Shown: positions 40,536-50,710, counted from the stretch's first letter. The stretch is 64,000 nt of DNA from an uncultured Gammaproteobacteria bacterium (GCA_937894085.1 CALCSG010000430.1:97-64096); one strand, 5' to 3'. The notes: generated by a model not told the origin, from the letters alone. Numbers and translations: made by a program.

Positions 40536-40536
40536 T

Positions 40537-40947
40537 TTACTCTACCGGGTAACCTGCAGCTTTCCAGGCTGGTATGCCATCTCTGTAGTAATATACTTTA
40601 GTAAAACCCCAGTCTACGGCCTGTTTACTACCTTTTGCACTTCTTGGACATTTTTCTCCATTACAATAAATGACTACTTTCTCGTCTTTGCTGATTTCAG
40701 CACTGAGAGAAGCTTCGGTGAATACGCCTTTTTTGTTATCAAGATGTACTGCTCCGGGAACACGACCGGCATCCCAGTCTGAATCTTTACGCACATCAAC
40801 AAATAAAGCTTCGTTATCAAAAAGTGCTTTGGCTTCCTCGGTATTAACTGTTGTAGCGCCTGGAACTGTCATCGGAGAGACATCATCTGCTAACAGCGGA
40901 AAATTAATAAAACATGCTAATAAAATAAATGAGAGTGCTTTTTTCAT
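40537..40947 (-). CDS. periplasmic single-domain rhodanese (sulfurtransferase)
   Basis: Signal peptide and a rhodanese fold, with the active-site loop [12 protein letters not shown]. Confidence 0.8.
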   Translation of the reverse strand: MKKALSFILLACFINFPLLADDVSPMTVPGATTVNTEEAKALFDNEALFVDVRKDSDWDAGRVPGAVHLDNKKGVFTEASLSAEISKDEKVVIYCNGEKCPRSAKGSKQAVDWGFTKVYYYRDGIPAWKAAGYPVE

Positions 40948-41377
40948 GTGGCTATCCTTTATTATTTATGAAAAATATTCCTGACTAGTCTGTTCAGTAT
41001 TATCGACCTGATATCAGTAATCTTTAGGAACGATTAACGCAAAGTGTAGAAGAGATTTGGGAAAATCCAATTTTTTTTTAAATTTCTCTGCGGGTCAGCC
41101 CGGGAGATTGTTCTTTAAGCAGGCTATAAAAGCTAAACTTAACCGCCAGAGTAGCCGGAGAAATATCCTGGCCAAATAATGATTTTGCTCCTGCCAGCGT
41201 AAAACTGATCAATACAGTTGTCGCAATTAAGTAACCCTTATTGTCAAAGCTAATATTAATTCAGGTTAACTTACATCAGTTATGCCAGCAAATATGACGT
41301 CAACACTACGCGCATCGATGGTGGCAAAAAATAGTGAAAGCCAGGATTACAGTTTCTAGCAAGGATGCGAATTTCGA

Positions 41378-42619
41378 CTAATGACTTCGCTCAATGTCAC
41401 TGGCAACCAGTTCAACCCAGTGAATAACAGGCGTGTTACCCGCACTATTCAGGTGGTGCTCGCAGCCTACATTAGCGGTAATGATGATGTCGGGAGAGCA
41501 TTCCTGTAAAGCCTGTAATTTATTGTCTCTTAACTGTTTTGACAAAGCAGGTTGTAACAAAGAATAGGTGCCTGCAGAACCACAGCACAAGTGCGCATTT
41601 TGTGGAATGTTGAGTTGATAACCCAGTTTACCAAGTTCGTTATATAGTTTATCTGCCAGTTTATGGCCATGAGTCAGGGTGCAGGGCGCGTGATATGAAA
41701 CCTGTTGCTTATTCGGCGAATATTTTTTTATGTTTTTCGAAAGTCTATTGGCATCAAATAATTCGCTGATGTCCTTTATTTTGTCCAGCTGTGACTGGTA
41801 AAGAGCAGAATCCAGCGCTAGAGTTTTTAAAATTTTGGGGTAATCTTTTAGCATCACGCCGCAACCCGTGGCAGTCGAAACAATAGCGTCGAAACGGTAA
41901 CTTTCATCCAGTTTTTTCCAGCTCCTTAAGTTTTTAATAACCCATTGCTCTGCCTCAGGCAGCTGATTAAGGTGCTGATTAACGGCTCCGCAACAGGATA
42001 CAACCGGTTCCCGTATGACTTTATAGCCCAGTGATTCCAGTACACAGATTGCGGCCGCATTTGTATTAGGGCTGAGTGTGCTTTGCACGCAACCTTCCAG
42101 CAATAAAACCGTTTTTTGTAAATTAGCTGGAATCTGCCGGTACTGTTGTGCAGCGCGAATAACCGGTGTTTTAGCTTTAAACGACGCGGGTAAATACTGG
42201 CGCAGTAAACTTGAGAATTTGAATAGATGGGTATGCCTGTTTGTGTGAGGGAGTAGCATTCCTAACAGTTTGCGTATAATTTTTTGTCCCAGAGGCCGAA
42301 TATTCTGTTGTTCAATGTGATGTCGACCGATATCGATCAATTCAGCATAATCGACGCCGGAAGGGCAGGTTGTTTCGCAGGATCTGCAGGTCAGGCAGCG
42401 ATCCAGGTGGGTTAGGATTTCACCATCGGCCGGCGCTCCTTCCAGCATGTTTTTGATTTGATAAATTCTACCCCGTGGCCCGTCCAGTTCATCACCGAGT
42501 AATTGATAGGTAGGGCAGGTGGCCGTACAGAATCCACAATGTACGCATTTGCGTAAAATTTCATCGGCACGTCGTCCCTGTGGTGTTTGCAGTAGTGCTG
42601 CTGTAATACTGGTTTGCAT
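41378..42619 (-). CDS. glcF: glycolate oxidase iron-sulfur subunit-like (Fe-S + CCG domains)
   Basis: Two 4Fe-4S ferredoxin motifs (CVHCGFCTATCP, CLTCRSCETTCP) are followed by two Cys-rich CCG domains. Confidence 0.85.
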   Translation of the reverse strand: MQTSITAALLQTPQGRRADEILRKCVHCGFCTATCPTYQLLGDELDGPRGRIYQIKNMLEGAPADGEILTHLDRCLTCRSCETTCPSGVDYAELIDIGRHHIEQQNIRPLGQKIIRKLLGMLLPHTNRHTHLFKFSSLLRQYLPASFKAKTPVIRAAQQYRQIPANLQKTVLLLEGCVQSTLSPNTNAAAICVLESLGYKVIREPVVSCCGAVNQHLNQLPEAEQWVIKNLRSWKKLDESYRFDAIVSTATGCGVMLKDYPKILKTLALDSALYQSQLDKIKDISELFDANRLSKNIKKYSPNKQQVSYHAPCTLTHGHKLADKLYNELGKLGYQLNIPQNAHLCCGSAGTYSLLQPALSKQLRDNKLQALQECSPDIIITANVGCEHHLNSAGNTPVIHWVELVASDIERSH

Positions 42620-42621
42620 GT

Positions 42622-43422
42622 TTATTGTGTTGTTAAGTAGTGGATAGCGGCTTTCAGGTCTGGCTGTTTCCAGTGAGAAGTTGAAAATTCTACCACTTCG
42701 GCCATGTGGTCAGAGAGATAATCTCCACTAGGTAAAACGCCATCAGAAAATAAATCAGTCAGTTCTTCGGTTTTCCAGTCCTTCAGAATGGCTGCTGATA
42801 TATCAGGTGCCGACAGGCTTTCATTACCAGTTAATCTCTTATCCATCTGCAGCATGCCCAGGCTGTTGCGTGGCGTATGACATTCATTGCAGTGGCCTAA
42901 TGTGTCCAGGATATAACTACCGCGTGCCGGATTTATTTTGGCTGAAGGTTGAAGAAAGTTGTTAAGCATTTTCCACATGGTGACACTAAAACGGGACATG
43001 TACCATTTCAGTTTATGAGATTTATTTTGTTGCTTAACTGGTTTTAAACTAAATAGGTAAGCTTTAAGTGCCGTGATGTCCTGATCCGTGATGTTTTTAT
43101 AGGCATTGTATGGAAAAGTCGGGTAATAATGTGATCCATCCGGTGACAGCCCCGAACGGACTGCAAGGGTAAAATCCTGATCTTTCCAGAGCCCTATACC
43201 GGTGTCTTTATCGGGCGTGATGTTCGGGGTATAAAAGGTTCCAAACTCTGTTTCCATTGCCCGTCCACCGGCGAATGCTACGCCATTATTTTCAGTATCA
43301 GTATGACAGGCATAACAGTTGGCCAGTTGAGCGATATAATGCCCTTTTTCGATGAGCGAATCAGCAATGGATACCGCAGGTAATACTGCAAATGGTAGTA
43401 GCATTATTCGAAAAAAATACAT
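42622..43422 (-). CDS. dihaem c-type cytochrome, periplasmic
   Basis: Signal peptide and two CxxCH haem-binding motifs (CYACH, CNECH). Confidence 0.7.
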   Translation of the reverse strand: MYFFRIMLLPFAVLPAVSIADSLIEKGHYIAQLANCYACHTDTENNGVAFAGGRAMETEFGTFYTPNITPDKDTGIGLWKDQDFTLAVRSGLSPDGSHYYPTFPYNAYKNITDQDITALKAYLFSLKPVKQQNKSHKLKWYMSRFSVTMWKMLNNFLQPSAKINPARGSYILDTLGHCNECHTPRNSLGMLQMDKRLTGNESLSAPDISAAILKDWKTEELTDLFSDGVLPSGDYLSDHMAEVVEFSTSHWKQPDLKAAIHYLTTQ

Positions 43423-43430
43423 CCGCTGAC

Positions 43431-43892
43431 TTAATCCTGTTTCTTCTTGAATGATTTATGGCAGCTACCACAACTTGAGCGCCCGAACTGTTTGAAGGCG
43501 GCGCTGGTTTTTTCCTTATCACCCTGTTCGACTACCTGTTTGAAAGTTGCTAATGCCTGTTTGGCCTCTGTGATGGTTTGCTGAAACTTATCTGCTTGAG
43601 TCCAGATTGTATCTTTGGCATTGGTCTCGCCAAAATCACTGCCTTCTGGAAACAGGCTGCCAATTTCGTCAAACATCTTTTCCAGAGAAGAAATGTGTAG
43701 TGAAAGGTGATTATGGTACGGTACAGCATCATTCACGATGGCTTTAATGGCATTGTTATGTCCTTTCACCGCCGTCATAAAATCCTGGCGATATTTAATC
43801 AGCATTTCAGGGTTGTAATCCATATTGAAATTTTGTGCATGCGCCATATTGGCGAGCATGATAGTGGCGAACAGGGTAATTATCTTTATCAT
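43431..43892 (-). CDS. class II cytochrome c (cytochrome c'/c556-like four-helix bundle)
   Basis: Signal peptide, helical body and a single C-terminal CxxCH (CGSCHK). Confidence 0.6.
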   Translation of the reverse strand: MIKIITLFATIMLANMAHAQNFNMDYNPEMLIKYRQDFMTAVKGHNNAIKAIVNDAVPYHNHLSLHISSLEKMFDEIGSLFPEGSDFGETNAKDTIWTQADKFQQTITEAKQALATFKQVVEQGDKEKTSAAFKQFGRSSCGSCHKSFKKKQD

Positions 43893-43930
43893 GATTTTTC
43901 CTCGGTGACTGTTATTTATACAGGGTATAG

Positions 43931-44995
43931 TTATGTAAAGTTTGATAATTTGGGGTTCAACAAATTATCAGGGTCAAAAGCATTTTTAATTTTCATGTGC
44001 ATCTGTCGTTGCAGGGGAGACATCAAATCAGCCGGGTTTGTCGGCTTTTCCGAACGATGACTTTCTATGTATCCGCCCACATTGCTGATATGGATAAAAT
44101 CGCTCTGGCTGACTTCATCGCTCTGTATCCATCTTAACCCTCCACACCAGTCAATTAAACTCCTGTGCTTACACTCAAGTTCCAGCCGAGGTGTTGTCGC
44201 AGGCACTATAACGCGCCAGAGTGAATGGCCAGTAGTAAAAAAATCATGGGTTTGTTGCTGGATGCTTAGCCAGAAGCTTTTCGAGTCATCAAGATTTTCC
44301 CCGCCCAGTGTCTGCTGGGCCTGACTGATTCCTGCCTGAGTACCTTCCAGTCGAATATACATTTTGTTTTTAAGAAAAGCTGATGCCGTTATCGGCAGGG
44401 ACTTCCCTGACATTTCGTTCATCAAATTAATTGCCCGGTTTTCTTTCATTTCAAAAAAAACGGTGACGCTTTGTTGTGGAGCAGGTAATACTTTAAGTGA
44501 AATATCGAGGATAGGTCCCAGAGTGCCCCTGGAGCCTGTTATTAATCGAGAGACATCGTAACCGGCTACATTTTTCATCACCTGACCGCCAAAACTGACG
44601 AGTTCTGCTGCGCCGTTAATCAGGCTTGCCCCAAGAATGTGGTCACGAATAGCACCGAGATATGGACGTCCTGAACCTGTGTGCCCAATAGCGATAGCGC
44701 CACCGAGTGTTGCAGATTCAGCATACACCGGGAAGTCAGTCGCTAGCCGTTGATTTTGTTCTGATAACAGCTTGCGGATCTCGTTAACCGGTGTACCTGA
44801 ACGAGCTTTTAGAGTTAGCTCAGAAGGCTGGTAATCGATGATACCCCGATGTGTGGATAATTCGATTTTCAGATTTTCAGTATAATCTGGCAGCATGAAT
44901 TGATGACTGCCCGAACCGTGTATCGAAAGCGGGTGGTGTTTCTCAAGTGCCTGCTGAACCTGATCCTGAATAGTTTGTGTATTATCGTTAGTCAT
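43931..44995 (-). CDS. glcE: glycolate oxidase FAD-binding subunit
   Basis: 354 aa with a PCMH-type FAD-binding domain. It sits between glcD and glcF. Confidence 0.8.
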   Translation of the reverse strand: MTNDNTQTIQDQVQQALEKHHPLSIHGSGSHQFMLPDYTENLKIELSTHRGIIDYQPSELTLKARSGTPVNEIRKLLSEQNQRLATDFPVYAESATLGGAIAIGHTGSGRPYLGAIRDHILGASLINGAAELVSFGGQVMKNVAGYDVSRLITGSRGTLGPILDISLKVLPAPQQSVTVFFEMKENRAINLMNEMSGKSLPITASAFLKNKMYIRLEGTQAGISQAQQTLGGENLDDSKSFWLSIQQQTHDFFTTGHSLWRVIVPATTPRLELECKHRSLIDWCGGLRWIQSDEVSQSDFIHISNVGGYIESHRSEKPTNPADLMSPLQRQMHMKIKNAFDPDNLLNPKLSNFT

Positions 44996-45009
44996 TAATT
45001 TTTACGGCA

Positions 45010-46506
45010 TTAAAAACGTGGAATTTCGGGGTGTGGTAATTCGCCATTATGCACATGCATGGCCCCCAGTTCGGCACAACGATGTAAACTGGGAATGGCT
45101 TTACCCGGGTTGAGTATGCCGCTGTTATCCAGTTGTGCTTTTATTAAATGAAACTGTCTGAGTTCGGCAGTTTGAAACTGATGACACATTTGATCTATTT
45201 TTTCTACGCCTACACCGTGTTCTCCGGTTATTGTGCCGCCCATATCGACACACAATTTGAGAATATCGGATCCCAGGTTTTCCGCTTTTTGTAAATCACC
45301 GGGTATATTGGCATCGTATAAAATTAACGGGTGAAGATTGCCATCCCCGGCATGGAATACATTGGCCACTCTTAATCCGTATTGCCCGGAAAATTCGGCT
45401 ATCCGACCGAGCACTTCGGGTAGTGCTTTACGCGGAATTGTGCCGTCCATGCAGTAATAATCCGGAGATATGCGGCCTACGGCAGGGAATGCCGCTTTGC
45501 GTCCAGCCCAGAACATCGCGCGTTGCTGGTCATTTTCTGATAGTCGAATATCATGCGAGTTACACTTTTCCAGAATTTGCCTGACGCTGACCATCTGCTG
45601 TTGTATTTCACTGTGCGTGCCATCCAGTTCGCACAGTAAAAGAGCTTCTGCCAGTGGATAGTCTGCATGTATAAAATCTTCAGCGGCCTGGGTGGCCAGC
45701 CTGTCCATCATCTCTAACCCGGCGGGAATAATTCCAGAGCTGATAATGTCGCGAACGGCCTCGCCTGCATCGGTAATTTTATTGAATGCCGCCAGTACCA
45801 CCTGTGCTGCTTCCGGTTTCGGAATGAGTCGAACGGTTACTTCAACGATTATGCCGAGCAATCCTTCGGATCCATGCATCAGGGCCAGCAGGTCGTAACC
45901 CGGGCTATCCATGCATTCACCGCCGCCAATTTCCAGTAATTCTCCATCGCTGTTAATGATTTTTAGTCCCAACACATTATTCACCGTAAGACCATATTTC
46001 AGACTATGTACTCCGCCCGAATTTTCAGCGACGTTACCACCGATGGAGCAGGCTATCTGGGAAGAAGGGTCAGGTGCGTAATACAGGCCGTACTGGTTTG
46101 CGGCTTCGGTGATTGCCAGGTTACGTACACCCGGTTGTACGACAGCGAGACGTTGTAGCGGATCAATTTTTTCAATCCGGTTAAATTTTGCCAGGCTGAG
46201 TATGATGGCCTGTTCAACCGGCAGTACACCACCAGCCAGACCGGTACCGGCGCCGCGGGCAATAAGAGGGATGTTGTGCTTATTGCAATACCTGACGACT
46301 TGCTGACACTGTTCGATGGTTTCAGCTAAAACCACCATTTTGGGGATTTTCCGATAGGCAGATAGACCATCACATTCATAGGGAGTCAGTTGTGAAGGCT
46401 TATTAAGCAGGTTTTGTTGCGGGATGAATTCTAACAGGTCGGAAAAAACCTGTTGTTTTTCCCAGTTGCTAAATTCAAATTGACCAGTTAGTGGATCAAA
46501 TGCCAT
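45010..46506 (-). CDS. glcD: FAD-linked oxidase, glycolate oxidase subunit
   Basis: FAD_binding_4 domain (ARGAGTGLAGG) plus a C-terminal FAD-oxidase domain. 498 aa. Confidence 0.9.
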   Translation of the reverse strand: MAFDPLTGQFEFSNWEKQQVFSDLLEFIPQQNLLNKPSQLTPYECDGLSAYRKIPKMVVLAETIEQCQQVVRYCNKHNIPLIARGAGTGLAGGVLPVEQAIILSLAKFNRIEKIDPLQRLAVVQPGVRNLAITEAANQYGLYYAPDPSSQIACSIGGNVAENSGGVHSLKYGLTVNNVLGLKIINSDGELLEIGGGECMDSPGYDLLALMHGSEGLLGIIVEVTVRLIPKPEAAQVVLAAFNKITDAGEAVRDIISSGIIPAGLEMMDRLATQAAEDFIHADYPLAEALLLCELDGTHSEIQQQMVSVRQILEKCNSHDIRLSENDQQRAMFWAGRKAAFPAVGRISPDYYCMDGTIPRKALPEVLGRIAEFSGQYGLRVANVFHAGDGNLHPLILYDANIPGDLQKAENLGSDILKLCVDMGGTITGEHGVGVEKIDQMCHQFQTAELRQFHLIKAQLDNSGILNPGKAIPSLHRCAELGAMHVHNGELPHPEIPRF

Positions 46507-46976
46507 GAGTTTTGTGACCGTTAAGACTATTATGCTGTGGATTGATTGTAGGCTAACACGGATACAATTAAAAACAGATGAATACAGGGTTTTATAAATT
46601 GCCTGAAACTTACGCCTGAAAACTAACCTGCAGCTACTAAAATTATTTGTTCTCCGCCAAGTTTAGCTTTATAACTGGCTTCATCAGCTCTTTCAATTAT
46701 TAAAGCAGGTGAGTCATTGCTGTTAGACAGAGGAAGAGTTTTTGTCTGATTTGTGATTTATTTTGTGGTAAATCCATTATTAACTGAATTAAATCTTATT
46801 AGATGTTTAATCCAATGTTTTTTTATGTAAGATGCTTTTTAATTTAGTATTTGATAGTAAACAGTTCAAATAATTTTATCCTGAGCGGGTAAAATACCTA
46901 CATTTACAGGGTTTACTCTGATAATACATTCATACAGACTCAGATAACTATATTTTATTTTTGAAGGAACCTTAAC

Positions 46977-48155
46977 ATGCCTGTTTCATTTAATCCCCCT
47001 ATTCGCACTTTGATGGGCCCTGGTCCATCTGATGTCCATCCACGTATTCTCGAAGCTCTATCCCGGCCAACTATTGGTCATCTTGACCCGGCTTTTGTCG
47101 GCATGATGGATGAAGTGAAAAAAATGCTGCAATATGCTTTTCAAACTGATAACGAATTGACTATTCCTGTTTCTGCCCCGGGTTCAGCGGGCATGGAAAC
47201 CTGTTTTAATAACCTGGTTGAGCCGGGTGAGAAAGTGATCGTTTGTCAAAATGGAGTATTTGGCGGACGCATGAAAGAAAATGTTGAGCGTGCCGGTGGT
47301 ATTGCGGTGATGGTAATGGATGACTGGGGTAAAGCAGTTGATCTTGCTAAACTGGAACAGGCTCTGGAAACTAACACTGATGCTAAAGTCGTGGCTTTTG
47401 TACATGCCGAGACGTCAACTGGAGCTCAGTCCGATGCCAAAGGTATCTGGGATCTGGCTCATAAGCATGGTTGCCTGGTAATTGCTGACTGTGTGACTTC
47501 ACTTGCAGGCACGCCTATCCTGGTTGATGAATGGGGTCTGGATGCGGTGTATTCAGGTACTCAGAAATGTTTATCCTGTGTTCCTGGCCTGTCTCCAGTA
47601 ACTTTCAGTGAAAGAGCAATCGAAAAAATTAAGAACCGTAAAACCAAAGTACGCAGCTGGTTTATGGATTTAAACCTGGTGATGGGTTATTGGGGGCAAG
47701 GGACTAAACGTGCTTACCATCATACTGCTCCAGTTAATGCGCTGTATGCTCTGCACGAGTCACTGGTGATGTTGCGCGATGAAGGACTGGAAAATTCATG
47801 GAAGAGACATGCTTTTCAACACTCTGCCCTGAAAGCAGGACTGGAAGCTATGGGTATTAACTTTCTGGTTAATGAAGCCGACCGTTTACCTCAGTTAAAC
47901 ACCGTGTTTATTCCCGATGGTGTTGACGATGCACTGGTTCGTTCCAGATTGCTGAATGAATATAACCTGGAGATTGGCGCCGGACTGGGTGATCTGGCCG
48001 GTAAAGTATGGAGAATTGGTTTGATGGGTAATACAGCCCGATCAGAAAATGTGATTTTCTGTTTGTCCGCGCTTGAAGCTATTCTATCTGAAATGAATGC
48101 GCCAATTAAAAAGGGTGTTGCTCTATCTGCTGCTCAGTCCGTGTATTCAGCATAA
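46977..48155 (+). CDS. class V aminotransferase (serine--glyoxylate / alanine--glyoxylate type)
   Basis: PLP-lysine motif SGTQKCL and an AGXT-like architecture. 392 aa. Confidence 0.8.
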   Translation: MPVSFNPPIRTLMGPGPSDVHPRILEALSRPTIGHLDPAFVGMMDEVKKMLQYAFQTDNELTIPVSAPGSAGMETCFNNLVEPGEKVIVCQNGVFGGRMKENVERAGGIAVMVMDDWGKAVDLAKLEQALETNTDAKVVAFVHAETSTGAQSDAKGIWDLAHKHGCLVIADCVTSLAGTPILVDEWGLDAVYSGTQKCLSCVPGLSPVTFSERAIEKIKNRKTKVRSWFMDLNLVMGYWGQGTKRAYHHTAPVNALYALHESLVMLRDEGLENSWKRHAFQHSALKAGLEAMGINFLVNEADRLPQLNTVFIPDGVDDALVRSRLLNEYNLEIGAGLGDLAGKVWRIGLMGNTARSENVIFCLSALEAILSEMNAPIKKGVALSAAQSVYSA

Positions 48156-48183
48156 TTAAAATATTACTGCTGAAGTACCACTA

Positions 48184-48573
48184 TTGAACACGGAAGCTCT
48201 TTTTGCATTAAAAAAACCTGTATTATGGTTTAGCATGGCTTATGCCATGCTGGCCATAGTCGGTGTGTTATCGCTGGTTCCTGTTCCTGATGTCGGGGTA
48301 GAAGGTAGTGATAAACTGATGCATTTTTCGACCTATTTTTTGCTGTCTGCCGGGTTTACTACTTTAGTTCGTTTTAACAGGAGCTTACTGTTAATCTTTA
48401 TCGGATTAATCAGTTATGGCGTCTTGCTAGAATTTCTGCAAAGTTTAACTGGATATCGTTATATGGAAAGTTATGACATGCTGGCAAATAGTGCGGGTGT
48501 TGTTTGCGGTCTTCTGGTCAGGTTTAGTTCAGTTCCTTTATGGTTTCGACAAAAAGAATTACAATATTTTTAA
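48184..48573 (+). CDS. VanZ-like family membrane protein
   Basis: 129 aa with four transmembrane helices and conserved KxxH and E..Q patterns. Confidence 0.45.
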   Translation: MNTEALFALKKPVLWFSMAYAMLAIVGVLSLVPVPDVGVEGSDKLMHFSTYFLLSAGFTTLVRFNRSLLLIFIGLISYGVLLEFLQSLTGYRYMESYDMLANSAGVVCGLLVRFSSVPLWFRQKELQYF

Positions 48574-48574
48574 A

Positions 48575-49243
48575 ATTATGGAAGTAACAGCCGTAATTAA
48601 AAGATCTGTAAAAATACTGATTATCGGCTGTTTCATCTCAGCTAATATTTATGCCGAAAGCCGAATCGATATCGGGCTTTTTTCAGAGCAGAATGTAGAG
48701 GGCTGGAAGCAGAAAAAATTTGCCGGAGAAACCCGCTATTCCCTGCAGCAAATCAATAATCAATTTGTACTTGCCTCAAAAAGCGATCAATCAGCCTCTG
48801 CCTTTTATAAAAAAATAAAGGTGAATCTGGACGAGACTCCATTTCTAAACTGGAGCTGGTCAAAACAGTTAACTATAGATCCGGGAAATGAAGCTGATAA
48901 AAAAGGGGATGACTTTGTTGCCCGCTTATATGTCATTAAAGACGGAGGTCTACTTTTCTGGAAAACCCTGGTGGTTAACTATGTCTGGAGCTTCCAGCAC
49001 TCGATAGATGAATCATGGGACAACCCATTTGCAGGTTCAAATGTCAAAATGGTGTCACAGCGTGATGCGTCAAGTTTGGAAAAAACCTGGCTTGTTGAAA
49101 AAAGAAATGTACAGCAGGATTTTATGAATCTAATGGGGGAAAAAATAGATCAAATTGATGGGGTTGCCATTATGACAGACAGTGATAATAGCGCTTTAAA
49201 GGCAGAAGCACTGTACGGCGATATCTACTTTACGGCTGAATAG
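48575..49243 (+). CDS. DUF3047-domain secreted protein
   Basis: Signal peptide with a beta-rich body. The ORF track start (48473) lies inside the previous gene, so the start is reassigned to MEVTAV. Confidence 0.55.
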   Translation: MMEVTAVIKRSVKILIIGCFISANIYAESRIDIGLFSEQNVEGWKQKKFAGETRYSLQQINNQFVLASKSDQSASAFYKKIKVNLDETPFLNWSWSKQLTIDPGNEADKKGDDFVARLYVIKDGGLLFWKTLVVNYVWSFQHSIDESWDNPFAGSNVKMVSQRDASSLEKTWLVEKRNVQQDFMNLMGEKIDQIDGVAIMTDSDNSALKAEALYGDIYFTAE

Positions 49244-49260
49244 ATTTTTAAAGGCTATTT

Positions 49261-49868
49261 CACCACGAAGCTCACGAAGTGCACGAAGAAAAAATAAAAT
49301 GGTTCTGTAGTAAAATTCAGGCAGTATTTAATCTCCATTGAAAGCTGTCATTGCGTCCATTGGTTGCGTTAACGGCGCATCCTTGCGCCACTCCTCCGGC
49401 ATGTTTTAAGCCTGAGAAGTGCTACATGGAGGCAGTGACAACGGATCAGAGGATGGAATCCATTAAAAATTACCCCAATTTATCACCTCGGCTTTGTTGG
49501 TAATGGATTCCGGGCCTGACCCCAATGTCGGTAAGTTAAGGTTTTTGTCGTCATGCCCGCGTAGGCGGGAGGAGTGGTGCAGGGATAAGCACCGTTTACG
49601 GATCTAAGGATGAAATCCATTTTAAAGTTCTGCAGACTCGTTGCGATGGATTCTGGCCTTCGCCAGAATGACGATAATCGCTGAACTTACCGGCATTGGG
49701 CCTAATCCGGAATGACGATTCGCCTTTTTCCTGTATTACCTGATTTTCATGCAGAGCCATTAAAAATAATATTAATTCAGTTGTTTCACAGAATTGATCT
49801 TCTTTGAATTCAAGATTTTGATAATATCCTTCTTTGGATCTCTTCGTGTTCTCTGTGTGCTTCGTGGT
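49261..49868. mobile_element. MITE-like element, copy 2 (same inverted termini as 21254-21444), composite with nested GGAATCCATT-family repeats
   Basis: Left terminus CACCACGAAGCTCACGAAGTGCACGAAGA and right terminus TCTTCGTGTTCTCTGTGTGCTTCGTGGT. The interior carries GGATGGAATCCATT, TAATGGATTCCGGG and CCGGAATGACG motifs. It also holds a copy of the 28430-28454 arm (ATTACCTGATTTTCATGCAGAGCCATT). Confidence 0.55.
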
Positions 49869-49876
49869 TAAATTTT

Positions 49877-50710
49877 CTAGTCTATAAACCTCAACGAGAA
49901 GTCAATTGCGCGAACGTGCTTGGTTAATGCGCCGATAGAAATGTAGTCCACCCCGGTATTAGCTACATCAACAATATTCTGTAAGGTGATATCTCCCGAA
50001 GCTTCGAGTTGTAGTGCTCCTTTATTGATTTTTACGGCCTCATGTAACATGTCCAGTGTGAAATTATCGAGTAATACACGGTCTACCTGACAATCGATAG
50101 CCTGCTGCAGTTGCTGTAAATTTTCTACCTCGACCTCCAGTAAAACCCTGGGGTTTAATTTCCTCGCTATCACAACGGCCGATGCCATGTCTCCACAGGC
50201 AGCCAGATGATTTTCCTTTAGCAAAAACGCATCGTACAGACCTGTCCGGTGATTCATGCCTCCTCCACATCGTACCGCGTATTTCTGCGCAATCCTCAGG
50301 TTAGGGATGGTTTTACGGGTATCGAGAATTCGACATGAAGTCTTACTGATCAGTTTTTGATACTGATGGGTAATAGTCGCGGTGGCCGATAAGGTCTGTA
50401 AAAAATTTAGAGCCGTTCTTTCAGCTGAAAGTATAGATCGGGCATGGCCCTTAAGTTTACATACCGTTTGGTCAGTTTTCATTTGCTCGCCATCGGTTAC
50501 CAACCACTCTATCTGTATGTCAGGATCCATTTTTAGAAAGCTTAAATTAAACCAGTCGGCACCGCATAAAATAGCACTTTCCCGACAGATCAGTTTAACC
50601 TCTAAAGTGGCACCTTCTGGTATTAGCTGGACCGTAATATCCCCTGTTCCTATGTCTTCATTCAAGGCATGGATTACATTGAGTTCAATAATTTTTGATA
50701 ATTCGTTCAT
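49877..50710 (-). CDS. nadC: nicotinate-nucleotide pyrophosphorylase (carboxylating)
   Basis: 277 aa with the QPRTase fold and conserved RKT and GxxxxL patterns. Confidence 0.9.
   Translation of the reverse strand: MNELSKIIELNVIHALNEDIGTGDITVQLIPEGATLEVKLICRESAILCGADWFNLSFLKMDPDIQIEWLVTDGEQMKTDQTVCKLKGHARSILSAERTALNFLQTLSATATITHQYQKLISKTSCRILDTRKTIPNLRIAQKYAVRCGGGMNHRTGLYDAFLLKENHLAACGDMASAVVIARKLNPRVLLEVEVENLQQLQQAIDCQVDRVLLDNFTLDMLHEAVKINKGALQLEASGDITLQNIVDVANTGVDYISIGALTKHVRAIDFSLRFID

Noticed and set aside
48473-48574. ORF-track start of the DUF3047 gene inside the VanZ-like gene
   Set aside because: It overlaps the preceding gene for 100 nt. The signal-peptide-like sequence begins at MEVTAV (48575).
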